DNA from: Eledone cirrhosa
Lineage: Eukaryota
Reading direction: 5' to 3'
Length of the DNA: 64,000 nucleotides
NCBI GenBank assembly: GCA_964016885.1
Contig: CAXHJY010000812.1
Location: 1-64,000, forward strand
Of this stretch, positions 45,936 through 60,350 are shown piece after piece (positions within the stretch are counted from its first letter, which is position 1; each line of letters starts with the position of its first letter). Below the pieces are notes generated by a model that saw only the letters and a list, made by a program, of their open reading frames with translations, made no database searches and was not told the DNA's origin. A program made the translations under genes and the position numbers.

Positions 45936-46119
45936 ATCTAAACATTACTTGGCACCGAATGTTCTTCGCCATTCTATACAATCTAGCAAATCCTTCCCTT
46001 TAATAAATTGAACAAATGACGAAATATTGCCCGTGTTCACGTCCGTGCCTATGTACACACACAAATACACTCACACGCGCACATACATACACATTATATA
46101 TATATATATATATATATAT

Positions 46120-46312
46120 AATTGTTTCTACTTTAGGCACAAGGCCAGCAAATTACCCAGTGTATTACTGGTACTTTATTTTATCGACCATGTAAGGATG
46201 AAAGGCAAAGTTAACCTCGGCGGGATTTGAACTCAGAATGGGAAGGGCCGTAACTCAATTCGTCAAAGTATGGCGCCCGACCCTCTACCGATACTGCCAA
46301 TCCACCGCCCAA
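46120..46312 (-). mobile_element. tRNA-derived SINE
   Basis: Near-identical to 44553-44745. Confidence 0.85.
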
Positions 46313-46575
46313 TATTATATATATATATATAATATTATAATGAAATGACAGGCGGTTGGATTTACACAAATCCAGCCTCCTGTCATTTCATTATAATATT
46401 TAACTCCGTAATAGCACCACCAACTACAAAAGCAAAGACGGTTGAACTGCTTTACGTTGAGTACTCTCTATATTATTACATTGCGATTGACCACACGGAA
46501 TTGACCAGCTCTATCCAGTGGTGAACCTCAAACCCGAATAAATAAATATATATATATAGATATATATATATATGT

Positions 46576-46615
46576 CCGAGCTGAAGATCCGCTAAGGTGA
46601 AACAATTGTTCTCGG
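46576..46615 (+). ncRNA. Minimal type I hammerhead ribozyme motif (H5)
   Basis: CCGAG-CTGAAGA-TCC(GCTAA)GGT-GAAA-CAATTG-TT-CTCGG; palindromic stem III. Confidence 0.8.
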
Positions 46616-46686
46616 TATGGTGAACAAACTGTTGTGTTACAACTTCTACCTAACGTGCTCTACCACTACGGATATTACCTTCCAGT

Positions 46687-46799
<113 letters not shown>

Positions 46800-46858
46800 T
46801 CGATATATAGATGGATAGGTATATGTATCTTTCTTTATATATATATATATATATATAT

Positions 46859-46983
46859 AAGTTTTAATATAGATGAGATTCTACAGGACTAGAACTGTTT
46901 CATTCTTTAGAAATCATCAGGAAGATGATTTCTAAAGAATGAAACAGTTCTAGTCCTGTAGAATCTCATCTATATTAAAACTT
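46859..46983. repeat. Perfect fold-back palindrome (60-bp arms, 5-nt loop)
   Basis: 46859-46918 is the exact reverse complement of 46924-46983. Confidence 0.95.
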
Positions 46984-47048
46984 TTATACTCTGCAATGTA
47001 TTGAGTACCTTACTTACTGTGGTTACCTCCGATTCAACCCGGAATAAC

Positions 47049-47091
<43 letters not shown>

Positions 47092-47366
47092 AGAGTGTGT
47101 GTATGTGTGTGTGTATATGTATATATACATATGTGCACGCGTATGTGTGTCGATGTAAGTGTGTAAGTATATATACTTATTTCTGAAGAGAGCATATACA
47201 TGTGTAGGTGTGTATATTCCCTCTGATAGGTTGTACAAATTTTACATAGATCAATATGATATACATACCAACACACACACATATATATCGTAGACACGAT
47301 CGTAAAATGATGAAATTTTTTTAATATAAGGAACTGTTTCTTTGTTTTTATTCATTATTTTTATTA

Positions 47367-47461
<95 letters not shown>

Positions 47462-47594
47462 CATATATATATATGAATATAAATGTGTGTGTGCGTGTAT
47501 ATATATATAAGGACAGACAAAAGGAATAGAGACGAGAGACAGAGAGAGATAGAGAGAAAGAAACATAGAGAGAGAGAGAGAGAGAGGTAGAGAT

Positions 47595-47635
<41 letters not shown>

Positions 47636-47947
47636 AAAGTGTCGTCACCATCTTATCTGGAAGTCAGTCTCATGTACACGGTTTCTGCAAAGTTTGGTAG
47701 CAAGGTGATCGCCAGCTTGATAAACCTCTGCTTTAGTTCCGAGATAATCCATGTGTTAACGGATTTTAACTTTTGGCACATTCCAGAATAGAGATCGAAG
47801 GTTATATTGGTTCGAGTTCACTTGCAAATCTGAAGCGATGGAAGCAACAGTGGCGCTAATACACAGGCATATATGTGTGTGTATATATATATATATATAT
47901 AAATACACACATACTGTATACATATATATGTTTATACACACATACTG

Positions 47948-47980
<33 letters not shown>

Positions 47981-48007
47981 TATATATATATATATACACA
48001 CATACTG

Positions 48008-48038
<31 letters not shown>

Positions 48039-48152
48039 TATATATATATATATATGTATGTATATACATATATATATATGTATGTATATCAATCTATATA
48101 TATATAGATGTATGTATATACATCTATATATATATATATATATATATATACA

Positions 48153-48185
<33 letters not shown>

Positions 48186-48204
48186 ATATATATATATATA
48201 TGTA

Positions 48205-48245
<41 letters not shown>

Positions 48246-48536
48246 ATGTATATACATCTATATATATATAGATATATGTATGTATATACATCTATATATA
48301 TATATATGTATCTATATATATATAGATATATGTATGTATATACATATATATATATATATATGTATCTATATATATATAGATATATGTATGTATATACATC
48401 TATATATATATATGTATCTATATATATATAGATATATGTATGTATATACATCTCTCTCTCTCTATATATATATATATGTATCTATATATATAGATATACG
48501 TATGTATATATATATAGATATATGTATGTATATACA

Positions 48537-48596
<60 letters not shown>

Positions 48597-48642
48597 TATA
48601 TATATATATATATATATATATAGATATATGTATGTATATACA

Positions 48643-48688
<46 letters not shown>

Positions 48689-48720
48689 TATATGTATGTA
48701 TATACATCTATATATATACA

Positions 48721-48768
<48 letters not shown>

Positions 48769-48919
48769 GTAGGAGGTGAGTTTTATTGTAGTACAATAAA
48801 GCATTGCAGATATCGGATAAGAAGCACTCTACAGTTTGTAGGACTGGAGTATGCATAATATGTTGATTTAAAACTGCACTATCCACAAGTGTTCTTTAGC
48901 CTTCATGTCATGTTCTCCT

Positions 48920-48988
48920 GTTTTATCTGATGAAAACACAAATATTATTGCATGATGATGTCTGTTTTTGAAATGCGCATAATAAAAT
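48920..48988 (+). ncRNA. Minimal type I hammerhead ribozyme motif (H1-like architecture)
   Basis: GTTTTAT-CTGATGA-AAAC..GTTTTT-GAAA-TGCGCA-TA-ATAAAAT; perfectly palindromic stem III. Confidence 0.82.
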
Positions 48989-49078
48989 ACATGGAACTCC
49001 TTTAACCATCTTTTGATCTTATATTATATATATATATATATATATGTATCTATATATAGATATACGTATGTATATACA

Positions 49079-49129
<51 letters not shown>

Positions 49130-49145
49130 CTATATATACATATAG

Positions 49146-49189
<44 letters not shown>

Positions 49190-49505
49190 GTATACATATA
49201 TATATATATATACACATATATATATATATATACATCTATATACATCTATATATATATATATACATCTATATATATATATATATATACATATATACATCTA
49301 TATATATATATATATACATCAATATATATATATATATATACATCTATATATATATATATATAAATCTACATATATATATACATCTATATACATATATACA
49401 TCTATATACATCTATATATATACATCTATATATACACATAGATACATATATATATATATATATACATATATATATACATATATATATATATATACACATC
49501 TATAT

Positions 49506-49555
<50 letters not shown>

Positions 49556-51008
49556 CTATATATACACATCTATATATATACATATATATATACACATATA
49601 TATATACACATATATATACACATATATATATATACATCTATATATATATACATCTATATATATATACATATATATATATAAATATATAAATATATATATA
49701 TATATAGTGTGTGGTTGTAAGAGAGAAAGTCAGAGAAAGACAGAGAGAGAGTGACTGATACAGAGAGAAAAGGGGGAAGTTCGAAGAGAATACAAGAAAA
49801 GGGTCAACTGAATCAGAAACTGACATAGATAATGAGTTTATATGTATGTATATATGTATGTGTGTATGTATATATGCATGTATATGTGTACGTGCGTATA
49901 TATGGATGTATGTATGAATGTATGTGTGCGTATATATATATATATATGGTTGTCTGTATGGATATGTATATATATATATATATATATATACATATATGTG
50001 TGTGTGTGTATGTGTGTGTTTATGTATGTATGTATCTATGTATGTGTGTATGTACGTGTGTGTGTTTGTATGCATGTATGTATGTGTATGTAAGGGTGTG
50101 TGTCTGTATGTGTAGGTATGTGTGTATGTGTGTGTGTGTGTGTGTCTCCGTTTGTGTCTCTCCCTGTGTATCTATGCATGCATGCGTGTATGTGTGTATG
50201 TGTGTGCTTGTATGTATATATGTGTGTGTGTGTATGTGTGTGTGTGTGTCTATGCATGCATGTAGGTACGTATGTATGAAAAGAGTGCGTGTTTTTACTA
50301 TATGACTTGGTGAAATAATCGATTAAATTTACGCAGAACACCTACACAAGATGGAGCGTGTTTACATACAATCCTAACAGAAGCTATTAGAGCGCCATCT
50401 AACATTACATTGAACTATATGCGGAGAGGTGACATATTTAAATTAACAACGGAAAATACTGAACGTGTGTTGCACTGTTAAGTAAGAAGAAATAGAAGAA
50501 AAAGAAGAAAACAATAAAAATAAACAAATTAAAATGGCCGCCAACTTATTGGATTCTGTGAGAATGTGTAAGAAGGTGTCAAAATAATTGTATGTGTGTC
50601 TAATGTCCAGCCAATTGACAAAAGCAGATACTGGAATGCCACAGAGAGTCATCGAGGAAGCGAGACTCATCCCGCAAGCGTTCTTATTGCGTTTCTGTGT
50701 CAACAACTCCGGGATGTTAACAACGTTTTATATATATATATATATATACACATATATATGTATATATATACATATATATATATATATATACAAACATATA
50801 TATATATATACATACATATATATATATATATATACAAACATATATATATATATACATACATAAATATATATATATACCAACATATATATATATACAAACA
50901 TATATATATATATATACAAACATATATATATATATACAAACATATATATATATACAAACATATATATATACAAACATATATATATATACAAACATATATA
51001 TATATACA

Positions 51009-51052
<44 letters not shown>

Positions 51053-51426
51053 AACATATATATATATGTATATATATATACAAACATATAAATATATATA
51101 TATATATACAAATATATAAACATATAAATATATATATATATACAAATATATATATATATATATATACAAATATATAAATATATATATATATACAAATATA
51201 TATATATATATATATACAAATATGAATTCCTTTCAGAATTCATTGTCATGCGCATGTATTGTTTTTTTTTTGGCGGTAATTTACTTTTTCATTTTTTGAA
51301 TCAGTTTGAGCACTTCATTAGAACTGCTGGACTGGCAACCTGACAGATACGTCAGGCACAGAGGATGATTCATTATCGCTAAATACTGATGTTGGTTAGA
51401 TTATCAATATTAGTATTAGTGGGGCA

Positions 51427-51553
51427 CCCACTGATGAATTATAGGTGCCCACATGAATATATATCTATTGATGGTATACAAGCTCATACATAAATTGGTA
51501 TAATTTCACCCAAATTGTAGGAATCCTGTAATGAAACGAGACGTCCGTCTGGG
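51427..51553 (+). ncRNA. Type I hammerhead motif with long stem II insertion (H6, copy 1)
   Basis: CCCA-CTGATGA-ATTATAGG(~80 nt)CCTGTAAT-GAAA-CG(AGACGTC)CG-TC-TGGG. Confidence 0.8.
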
Positions 51554-52134
51554 AAGAGATATATTAGATATGTCTCATATGAAATAATACAGCCAATTTT
51601 CCACGCAATACTTTTAGTTAGCACCCCGAACGCATAATTGGGAATATAATCACTTATTTCCTAATGTTTGTTAAGTGAGTTGGAATTTGGCCGGAGTATC
51701 GCTAAAAAGCTTTCTCCGATATTGTATTAATTTATTTACTCTTGGTGCAGCGGATTCGAAAAAATTCCCGGTATAAGGTTAGCAATTCTTTGTTTATTTT
51801 TTATATATGGATATTGATTGTTCCTTATATCTCATTCTGTTATTTTGCCCGAGACAATATCTGTGTGTGTCATCAAATGTTGTACACACATCGATATCTT
51901 TTCAATTTCCAATTGAGTTCTTAGCACGTGGCCTGAATTCCTTTCAGAATTCATTGTCATACACATGTATTGTTTTTTTTAGCGGTAATTTACTTCCTCA
52001 CTTTTTGAATCTGTTTGAGCACTTCTTTAGAACTGCTGGACTGGCAACCTGACAGATACCTCAGGCACAGAGGATGATGATTATCGCTAAATACTGATGT
52101 TGGTTAGATTATCAATATTAGTAATATTGGGGCA

Positions 52135-52261
52135 CCCACTGATGAATTATAGGAGCCCACTTGAATTTATATCTATTGATGGTATACAAGCTCCTACATA
52201 AATTGGTATAATTTCACCCAAATTGTAGGAATCCTATAATGAAACGAGACGTCCGTCTGGG
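52135..52261 (+). ncRNA. Type I hammerhead motif with long stem II insertion (H6, copy 2)
   Basis: Same as copy 1, with a perfect ATTATAGG/CCTATAAT stem II base. Confidence 0.82.
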
Positions 52262-52436
52262 AAAAGATATATAATATATGTCTCATATGAAATAATACCG
52301 CCAATTAACCACGCAATTTTCCACGCAATACTTTTAGTTAGCACACCGAACGCATAATTGGGAATATATTTCCTAATGTTTGTTGAGTGGGTTGGAATTT
52401 GGCCTAGGTATCGCTAAAACGCTTTCTCCGAAATTG

Positions 52437-52486
<50 letters not shown>

Positions 52487-52697
52487 AATATATAAATATA
52501 TATATATATACACAAATATATAAATATATATATATATACACAAATATATAAATATATATATATATACACAAATATATAAATATATATATATATACACAAA
52601 TATATATATATATATATACACAAATATATAAATATATATATATACAAATATATATGTATATATATACACAAATATATAAATATATATATATATATAT

Positions 52698-52736
<39 letters not shown>

Positions 52737-52761
52737 AATATATATATATATATATATATAT

Positions 52762-52819
<58 letters not shown>

Positions 52820-52938
52820 ATACAAACATATAAATATATATACGAATATATATATATATATAAATATATAGTTAAACGAATAGAGGTGTAACACACAAGT
52901 TATTATATATTTGTATATATATATATATATATACAAAC

Positions 52939-52975
<37 letters not shown>

Positions 52976-53295
52976 AACATATATATATATATATAAATAC
53001 AAATATATATATATATATATATATACAAACATATATATATATATATAAATCTCTCTCTATATATATATTACAAACATATATATATACAAACATATATATA
53101 TATATATATATATATATACAAACACATATATATATATATATACATATACAAACACATATATATATATATTCAAACATATATATATATATACAAACATATA
53201 TATATATACAAACATATATATATATATACAAACATATATATATATATATATATACGATATTAAATAAATGGAAACTATATTTATAAAACCATATT

Positions 53296-53361
53296 TATTT
53301 CATTATATATATTTCAGGGATATCATATTAACAATATGTTATGCCTTCCTCAGACAAAATA
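53296..53361 (-). ncRNA. Hammerhead motif (H1, CUGAGGA core)
   Basis: Reverse complement of 54630-54695. Confidence 0.8.
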
Positions 53362-54629
53362 CAATATAGACAGTTTTATAGATAAATAGATTTGACATAC
53401 CGTTCAACATCGACTTGTATTTGAAAAAGTTGATTTGGCAGTGAAAAATTGTAAACAGAAAGAAAGAAAGAGAGAAAGAAGGAAAGAAAGAAAGAAAACG
53501 AAGAAAAAGAAGAAAAAGAAGAAATGCATGCAACAAAATAGAGAGATGGAAAGATAGATAAAGAGAAGAACTTCATGTAAAGAAACAGAGAGAGATATAT
53601 ATAGAGAGAGGAAATAGATAGAGATAGATATATATACAGAAAAGTAGGTAGTTGAACATCCGTTGAATGAACGTATCAATGATACATTTATTTATTTATT
53701 TATTTAGTTAGCTCTAGTATTAATGTAAGGGAGATATATGTGGTTAGGAAAGAAACCAGCCGTTATATAGAGAGAAAAATGAAAAGTAACCAGACATAGG
53801 CGAGGCAGAATTTAAAAACCCTATGTTTTAATGTAGAAATATTAGTTCGTATAAAAACCAGGCACTATAATGTAAATATCAGTATTCCTGAATGAGACAC
53901 GTATCCATAATGTGTGAAAAGTAATGATCTTATGTCTAGTTTTAAAAATTCATATGTTTATATGATAACTACAAACATCGATGTGAATTTACGTGATCAA
54001 CTCTGCAAACCCCTATTTCACACGGAGAACATTCTCATTGTGCTATAAAAATTTAAGTATACATATATGTGTATATATACACATATATATAGAGTCTATA
54101 TTAATTTTAACAATACTATTCTTGTCTTTACTCTACATGATTATCTATCAAGCAGAAATAGAGAACAGATTTCAATATATTAATAAAAAAATATCAGAAA
54201 CAAAAACAAAAAATAATAATAATAATAATAATAAACAAATAAATAAAATAGAAAACTAAAAAATATTACATATTAAAAATAAAAATATTAAAAATATTAA
54301 AAAATATTAAAATAATAAAAATAAAAACATAATAGAAACATAATATGCCACGCAAATCGACCACAAAGATCAACCCTTCAAAATTAATTGACAATATATT
54401 GCCAAGTTCATTATAAGCATCAGAGTCGAAAACAGATAAAGCTAAAAATTATTTACCAAATCGCGTCTAGCAGAAATCATTTCAAAAAGTTTAGGATGCC
54501 CATTTGGTCTACATTTCTCTCTTTCTTTCTTTCTGTTTACAATTTTTCACTGCCAAATCAACTTTTTCAAATACAAGTCGATGTTGAACGGTATGTCAAA
54601 TCTATTTATCTATAAAACTGTCTATATTG

Positions 54630-54695
54630 TATTTTGTCTGAGGAAGGCATAACATATTGTCAATATGATATCCCTGAAATATATATAATGAAATA
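54630..54695 (+). ncRNA. Hammerhead motif (H1, CUGAGGA core)
   Basis: TATTTTGT-CTGAGGA-AGG..CATATT(GTC)AATATG..CCT-GAAA-TATATA-TA-ATGAAATA. Confidence 0.8.
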
Positions 54696-54822
54696 AATAT
54701 GGTTTTATAAATATAGTTTCCATTCATTTAATATCGTAAATATACTCCAAATACTTGTTGAGTGCTTTTATATCAGTTATAAATATTTACTAGTTGTAAC
54801 CCAACAATTTAAATATAACTTT

Positions 54823-54889
<67 letters not shown>

Positions 54890-54963
54890 AACATATATAT
54901 ATAGATAAGAAATGTATAACCTGTAAAATAAGCCCCCATATTAACTGTAAAACTAGAAATGTA

Positions 54964-57478
54964 GTGTATACAACAACGACGACTTCAGCCACCAACATCA
55001 CAACAACAACAACTTCAGCCACCAACATCACAACAACAACAACAACTTCAGCCACCAACATCACAACAACAACAACAACAGCTTCAGCCACCAACATCAC
55101 AACAACAACAACAACTTCAGCCACCAACATCACAACAACAACAACAACGACGACTTCAGCCACCAACATCACAACAACAACAACAACGACGACTTCAGCC
55201 ACCAACATCACAACAACAACAACAACAACTTCAGCCACCGACATCACAACAACAACAACAACGACGACTTCAGCCACCAACATCACAACAACGACTTCAG
55301 CCACCAACATCACAACAACAACAACAACTTCAGCCACCAACATCACAACAACAACAACAACTTCAACCACCAACACCAAAACAACAACAACAACTTCAGC
55401 CACCAACATCACAACAACAACAACAACTTCAGCCACCAACATCACAACAACAACAACAACAACTTCAGCCACCAACATCACAACAACAACAACAGCTTCA
55501 GCCACCAACATCACAACAACAACAACAACGACGACTTCAGCCACCAACATCACAACAACAACAACAACAACTTCAGCCACCAACATCACAACAACAACAA
55601 CAACGACGACTTCAGCCACCAACATCACAACAACAACAACGACTTCAGCCACCAACATCACAACAACAACAACAACAACTTCAGCCACCAACATCACAAC
55701 AACAACAACGACGACTTCAGCCACCAACATCACAACAACAACAACAACGACTTCAGCCACCAACACCAAAACAACAACAACAACTTCAGCCACCAACATC
55801 ACAACAACAACAATAACGACGAGTTCAGCCACCAACATCACAACAACAACAACAACGACTTCAGCCACCAACATCACAACAACAACAACAACGACGACTT
55901 CAGCCACCAACATCACAACAACAACAACGACTTCAGCCACCAACATCACGACAACAACAACAACAACTTCAGCCACCAACATCACAACAACAACAACGAC
56001 GACTTCAGCCACCAACATCACAACAACAACAACGACTTCAGCCACCAACATCACAACAACAACAATAACGACGAGTTCAGCCACCAACATCACAACAACA
56101 ACAACAACAACTTCAGCCACCAACATCACAACAACAACAACAACGACGACTTCAGCCACCAACATCACAACAACAACAACAACGACGACTTCAGCCACCA
56201 ACATCACAACAACAACAACGACTTCAGCCACCAACATCACAACAACAACAACAACAACTTCAGCCACCAACATCACAACAACAACAACGACGACTTCAGC
56301 CACCAACATCACAACAACAACAACAACGACTTCAGCCACCAACACCAAAACAACAACAACTTCAGCCACCAACATCACAACAACAACAATAACGACGAGT
56401 TCAGCCACCAACATCACAACAACAACAACAACGACTTCAGCCACCAACATCACAACAACAACAACAACGACGACTTCAGCCACCAACATCACAACAACAA
56501 CAACGACTTCAGCCACCAGCATCACGACAACAACAACAACAACTTCAGCCACCAACATCACAACAACAACAACAACGACGACTTCAGCCACCAACACCAA
56601 AACAACAACAACAACAACAACAACTTCAGCCACCAACATCACAACAACAACAATAACGACGAGTTCAGCCACCAACATCACAACAACAACAACAACGACT
56701 TCAGCCACCAACATCACAACAACAACAACAACAACAACAACTTCAGCCACCAACATCACAAATATAACATCAATAACTACATCAACAATAACAACAACAG
56801 CAACGTCATGACCATATGCCAGCTATTCCCAGAATATTCTTATACTGGAACAATGGCGGAAACTAGAACAATGACGACACGACAGCACCAGCAGTAACAA
56901 CAACAATTGCAGAAGTAACAACAACAACAACAACAAACATAACATCTCCAGTAACAACAACAAGAGCAGCACTAGCAACAACAACAACAACAACCATACA
57001 GCAGCAGCAACTACAACAACAACAGCAGCAGCAGTAGCAACAAACAACAACAACCATACAGCAGCAACTACAACAACAACAGCCATACAGCAGTAGCAAC
57101 TACAACAACAACAACAACAGCAGCAGTAGCAACAGCAACAAACAACAACAACAACCATACAGCAGCAGCAACTACAACAAAAACAACCTCAACAGCAGCA
57201 GTAGCAACACCAACAACAACCATACAGCAGCAGCATCTACAACAACAACAACAACCATAGAGCAGCAGCAGCATCTACAACAACAACAACAACAACAACA
57301 TCAGCATCTACAACAACAACCATACAGCAGCAGCAGCAGTATCTACAACAACAACAACAACAACAACTACCACCATTACAGCTTCAGCTGTAGCAACAAC
57401 AACTACCACCATAACAGCACCAGTAGCAACAACAACATTAACAGCAACCACCTCAGCGTTCGTGGCAGCCATATTGTA
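54964..57478 (+). repeat. (ACA)n-based minisatellite reading as a Thr-rich mucin-like ORF (54964-56811), with a degenerate ACA/GCA tail
   Basis: Unit ACT-TCA-GCC-ACC-AAC-ATC-(ACA)n, which reads TSATNI(T)n; coding status unproven. Confidence 0.85.
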
Positions 57479-58321
57479 AAGAGATCAAATTGGCTGGCCG
57501 TTTTTCTATGATCTATACAATGTCATTTTTCTCTCTCTTTTTGAAGTTCTAGATAATATATTTATTTATTTGTCTGTTAAAATATTTTCACATTTTTCTT
57601 TTTATTAATCCTGCATATGGTTTATAGATATATATGTAATCCACATGGCCACCACCATAAATAGAACTTAAGGGTCGTTGGTTTGATGGACCCGGCCGCC
57701 GACACGATGGAGAAGATATTGTCACCGGAGTACAGCGTAGGCGATGGTCTGGAGCAGACTCTCCACATCACAGGGCTCGCTCTTTAAGGTAGCTAGCCAA
57801 CTCCGCTCCGATAGTGTACCTAAGCAACTGAAATATATATACTATATATATATATATATATATATACAAATGGAAGTTCAGCACAATCGAAGCTCAGGCT
57901 GCAGCTAAGCTAACGAATGCAATCGGAATGTGCAGCTAAGCACTCAATAATGTATTTTACCTTAGAGTAATAACATTACGTTTAGACAGCTTGTCAAATT
58001 GAAGACTGCGACCGGTAAGCCAGCCGCAAGGACCATATATATATATATCAAGGCATGTATTGGGTTAGACACTCAAAATAGTCTCATTACAGTAACATAG
58101 CTCTAAGAAAAAAGCTTTTCCGAGCCGTATATTATAACATGCTTCGATATATTTGGCTCCGTTAATTCGTCGAGCTAATTCAATTGTCGAGTAAACTCGG
58201 CTACTATTTTGAGTGGCGACAGTGTGCAAGACACGCTAAGTTTGGGAAGCATGTGCGTCACATATAAACACATTATCCAGTTTCTAATTAGATTTAGAAG
58301 TGATAAGGTTACTAATTTCTT

Positions 58322-58404
58322 CACCCGCTGATGAGCTTAGGACTTTGGTAATCCCTTTTCACAAATAATATTGCGAAACAGTTTTTATCAAAACTGTCCG
58401 GGTG
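58322..58404 (+). ncRNA. Canonical type I hammerhead ribozyme motif (H7)
   Basis: CACCCG-CTGATGA-GC..GC-GAAA-CAGTTTT(TATC)AAAACTG-TC-CGGGTG; GUC cleavage at 58398. Confidence 0.9.
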
Positions 58405-59299
58405 TTCAGTTGTTACCACAACTATGGTTTGTATTTATTTTTCTTGATTAATTCTTAAATTGAGTCTGGCAAACCCTATTGTCTCTAGTTAGTATTTGTT
58501 TCACCTTAGCGATTCTGGTCCATTACGATTTGAACACATATATGTAAATGTCTGTGTTCGTTTTTCTTTTTTATTTAGTTATAATATATCAAATGAAGCA
58601 ACGGAGTAAAGGACTAACGTTATTCCTTGTAATATAATGAGCTCAAGGAAAATTTCCCGACTCTTCAAAATATATAGGAGAGAATATATGACAAGAACAT
58701 GCCCTGTAAAGAAAAAGCATGTTCTTTTCTTGTATTCGCTCCTATATAGATTTTAGCAGTATAGTTTTATATATACCTATACTGTTAACATTTCTATTAT
58801 GCTCACTCCGACAGCAGTGAGCAGGGATGTGGTCTAGATGGGGGAATGAGGTAAAGCAAAAACGCCGGATGTCTCGACTGACACAGGCTCAACCACAAAC
58901 CTATCTGACACCTGTCGACCGGGGTCGTAAGACGAGCAGCAGCTGGGTCACCATTTGCTTATGATAGTGAAAGATAAGGAAAGCATGATGTATAAATGGT
59001 CTAGTTGTTGACGTCAACTTAGGTTCGAATTCACATCCCCATCTTCTGTCTTCGTCTCCTTGACGACCATTCTTAAAAAAGACAAATACCCACTCCTCCC
59101 CTCCTCCTTTTCGTTTCAACAATTAAAGTAGATTCCAGAGGTTTTTATAATAAAAAAAACGAAATGGAAATCTCGAAGAAAGCTAGAAAACAAATTACAA
59201 ATACAAATAAGCACCCTGTTTTGTATTTCAACTTGTAAAGTACATTGTCAGATTAAAATACAAACTCTTTTACCTGTTCCAGCCCTGCTGGGGCACTGG

Positions 59300-59880
59300 C
59301 CTTGTCACTTCATTTTCTATATCCCGCCAGCGATCGTTGCTATTGATGTCGGAAGGAGTTCGTTGCTGTTTCCATTAGATTTCCTTCATTCCGTGCTGTG
59401 GGTTCATCTGCGATCCTGGAGTTTCAAGATGTTTCTCGAAATCATCCATATCCACACAATGCAGTCTCTCAAATGTCTTGGCAGCTCGTTAAAGAGTTGG
59501 GAGCCTTTGAACCCCAGACTATTGCAATATATGCTCCTTACTCTAGACGTCCTGTTCGGAGGTTGGTCCAGCTCTAAATGCTAAAGTTGGGTGATAGTCC
59601 TTCGAGGATTTTCCATATGTATATCACTGTTTACCTCTCCTACCTTCGTCACAAGGAGTAGAGTTTTAGTTCTTTTAGCCCCTTCCATTAGTTCGTCTCC
59701 TTTATCATTGGATTGCTTCAAGCTCTGTAGATAGCTTGATTCTATGGGGTGACCACAGCTGCAAGCAATAGCCCAGTCGGCATTGGACTAATGTCCTCCA
59801 TAGTACTAACATGGTTTCTCGGCCTCTTCTCTTCGATGTCCTCAAGATCCAAACAGGAGTCATCTGAACGTTGTCGCCAT
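59300..59880 (-). mobile_element. Degenerate CR1/L2-group LINE 3' fragment
   Basis: Minus strand GVQGSQLFNELPRHLRD..VDMDDFEKHL..IADEP resembles the LFNxLP..IPDEP C-terminus; frameshifted. Confidence 0.6.
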
Positions 59881-60275
59881 TTTCATGACGTGTGAATGAA
59901 ACGATACATCATAGCTGATGTATATACACTAGTGTCGTATTGATTTACAATACAAATCGAAGATAGCGAGGAACATAAAACACACAAATCAAAGATAGAA
60001 AAGGTTTCTAAATATGAATGAGAATGACAGATTAATCAAGTGGAGGAATGGGAGAATTCGGTAAGTCAGCTAATCATAGTAACCAAACTGTACAATTTGA
60101 AGAAAGATGATGGATGAGAAGAACATCAAAGGTGCAACCGCCCAAGAAAGGTTTCTTTCAGAACAACACGCCAGACACTCCCTTCCACCCCCTGTAATGA
60201 AACATATTACTTTCATAGGTTGATGAATAAATATGATATTTAGAATCGAATATATGTGTGTTTGTGTGTGTGTGT

Positions 60276-60350
<75 letters not shown>

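Larger units (their letters stand above)
51222..52440 (+). mobile_element. Partial tandem dimer (period ~711 bp) of a hammerhead-bearing non-coding element
   Basis: TGAATTCCTTTCAGAATTCATTGTCAT at 51222 and 51933; about 500 bp of shared sequence; flanked by (TA)n. Confidence 0.85.
53253..54738. mobile_element. Non-coding PLE-like element with ~220-bp inverted arms
   Basis: Arms 53253-53475 and 54516-54738, each carrying an H1 hammerhead. Confidence 0.8.

Noticed and set aside
47175-47245. CTGAAGA-GAG..CTC hammerhead-like text (similar weak cases at about 4449, 53888, 58500 and 61805)
   Set aside because: Core positions are altered (e.g. TGATA for GAAA, CAGA for CTGA); at best decayed copies.
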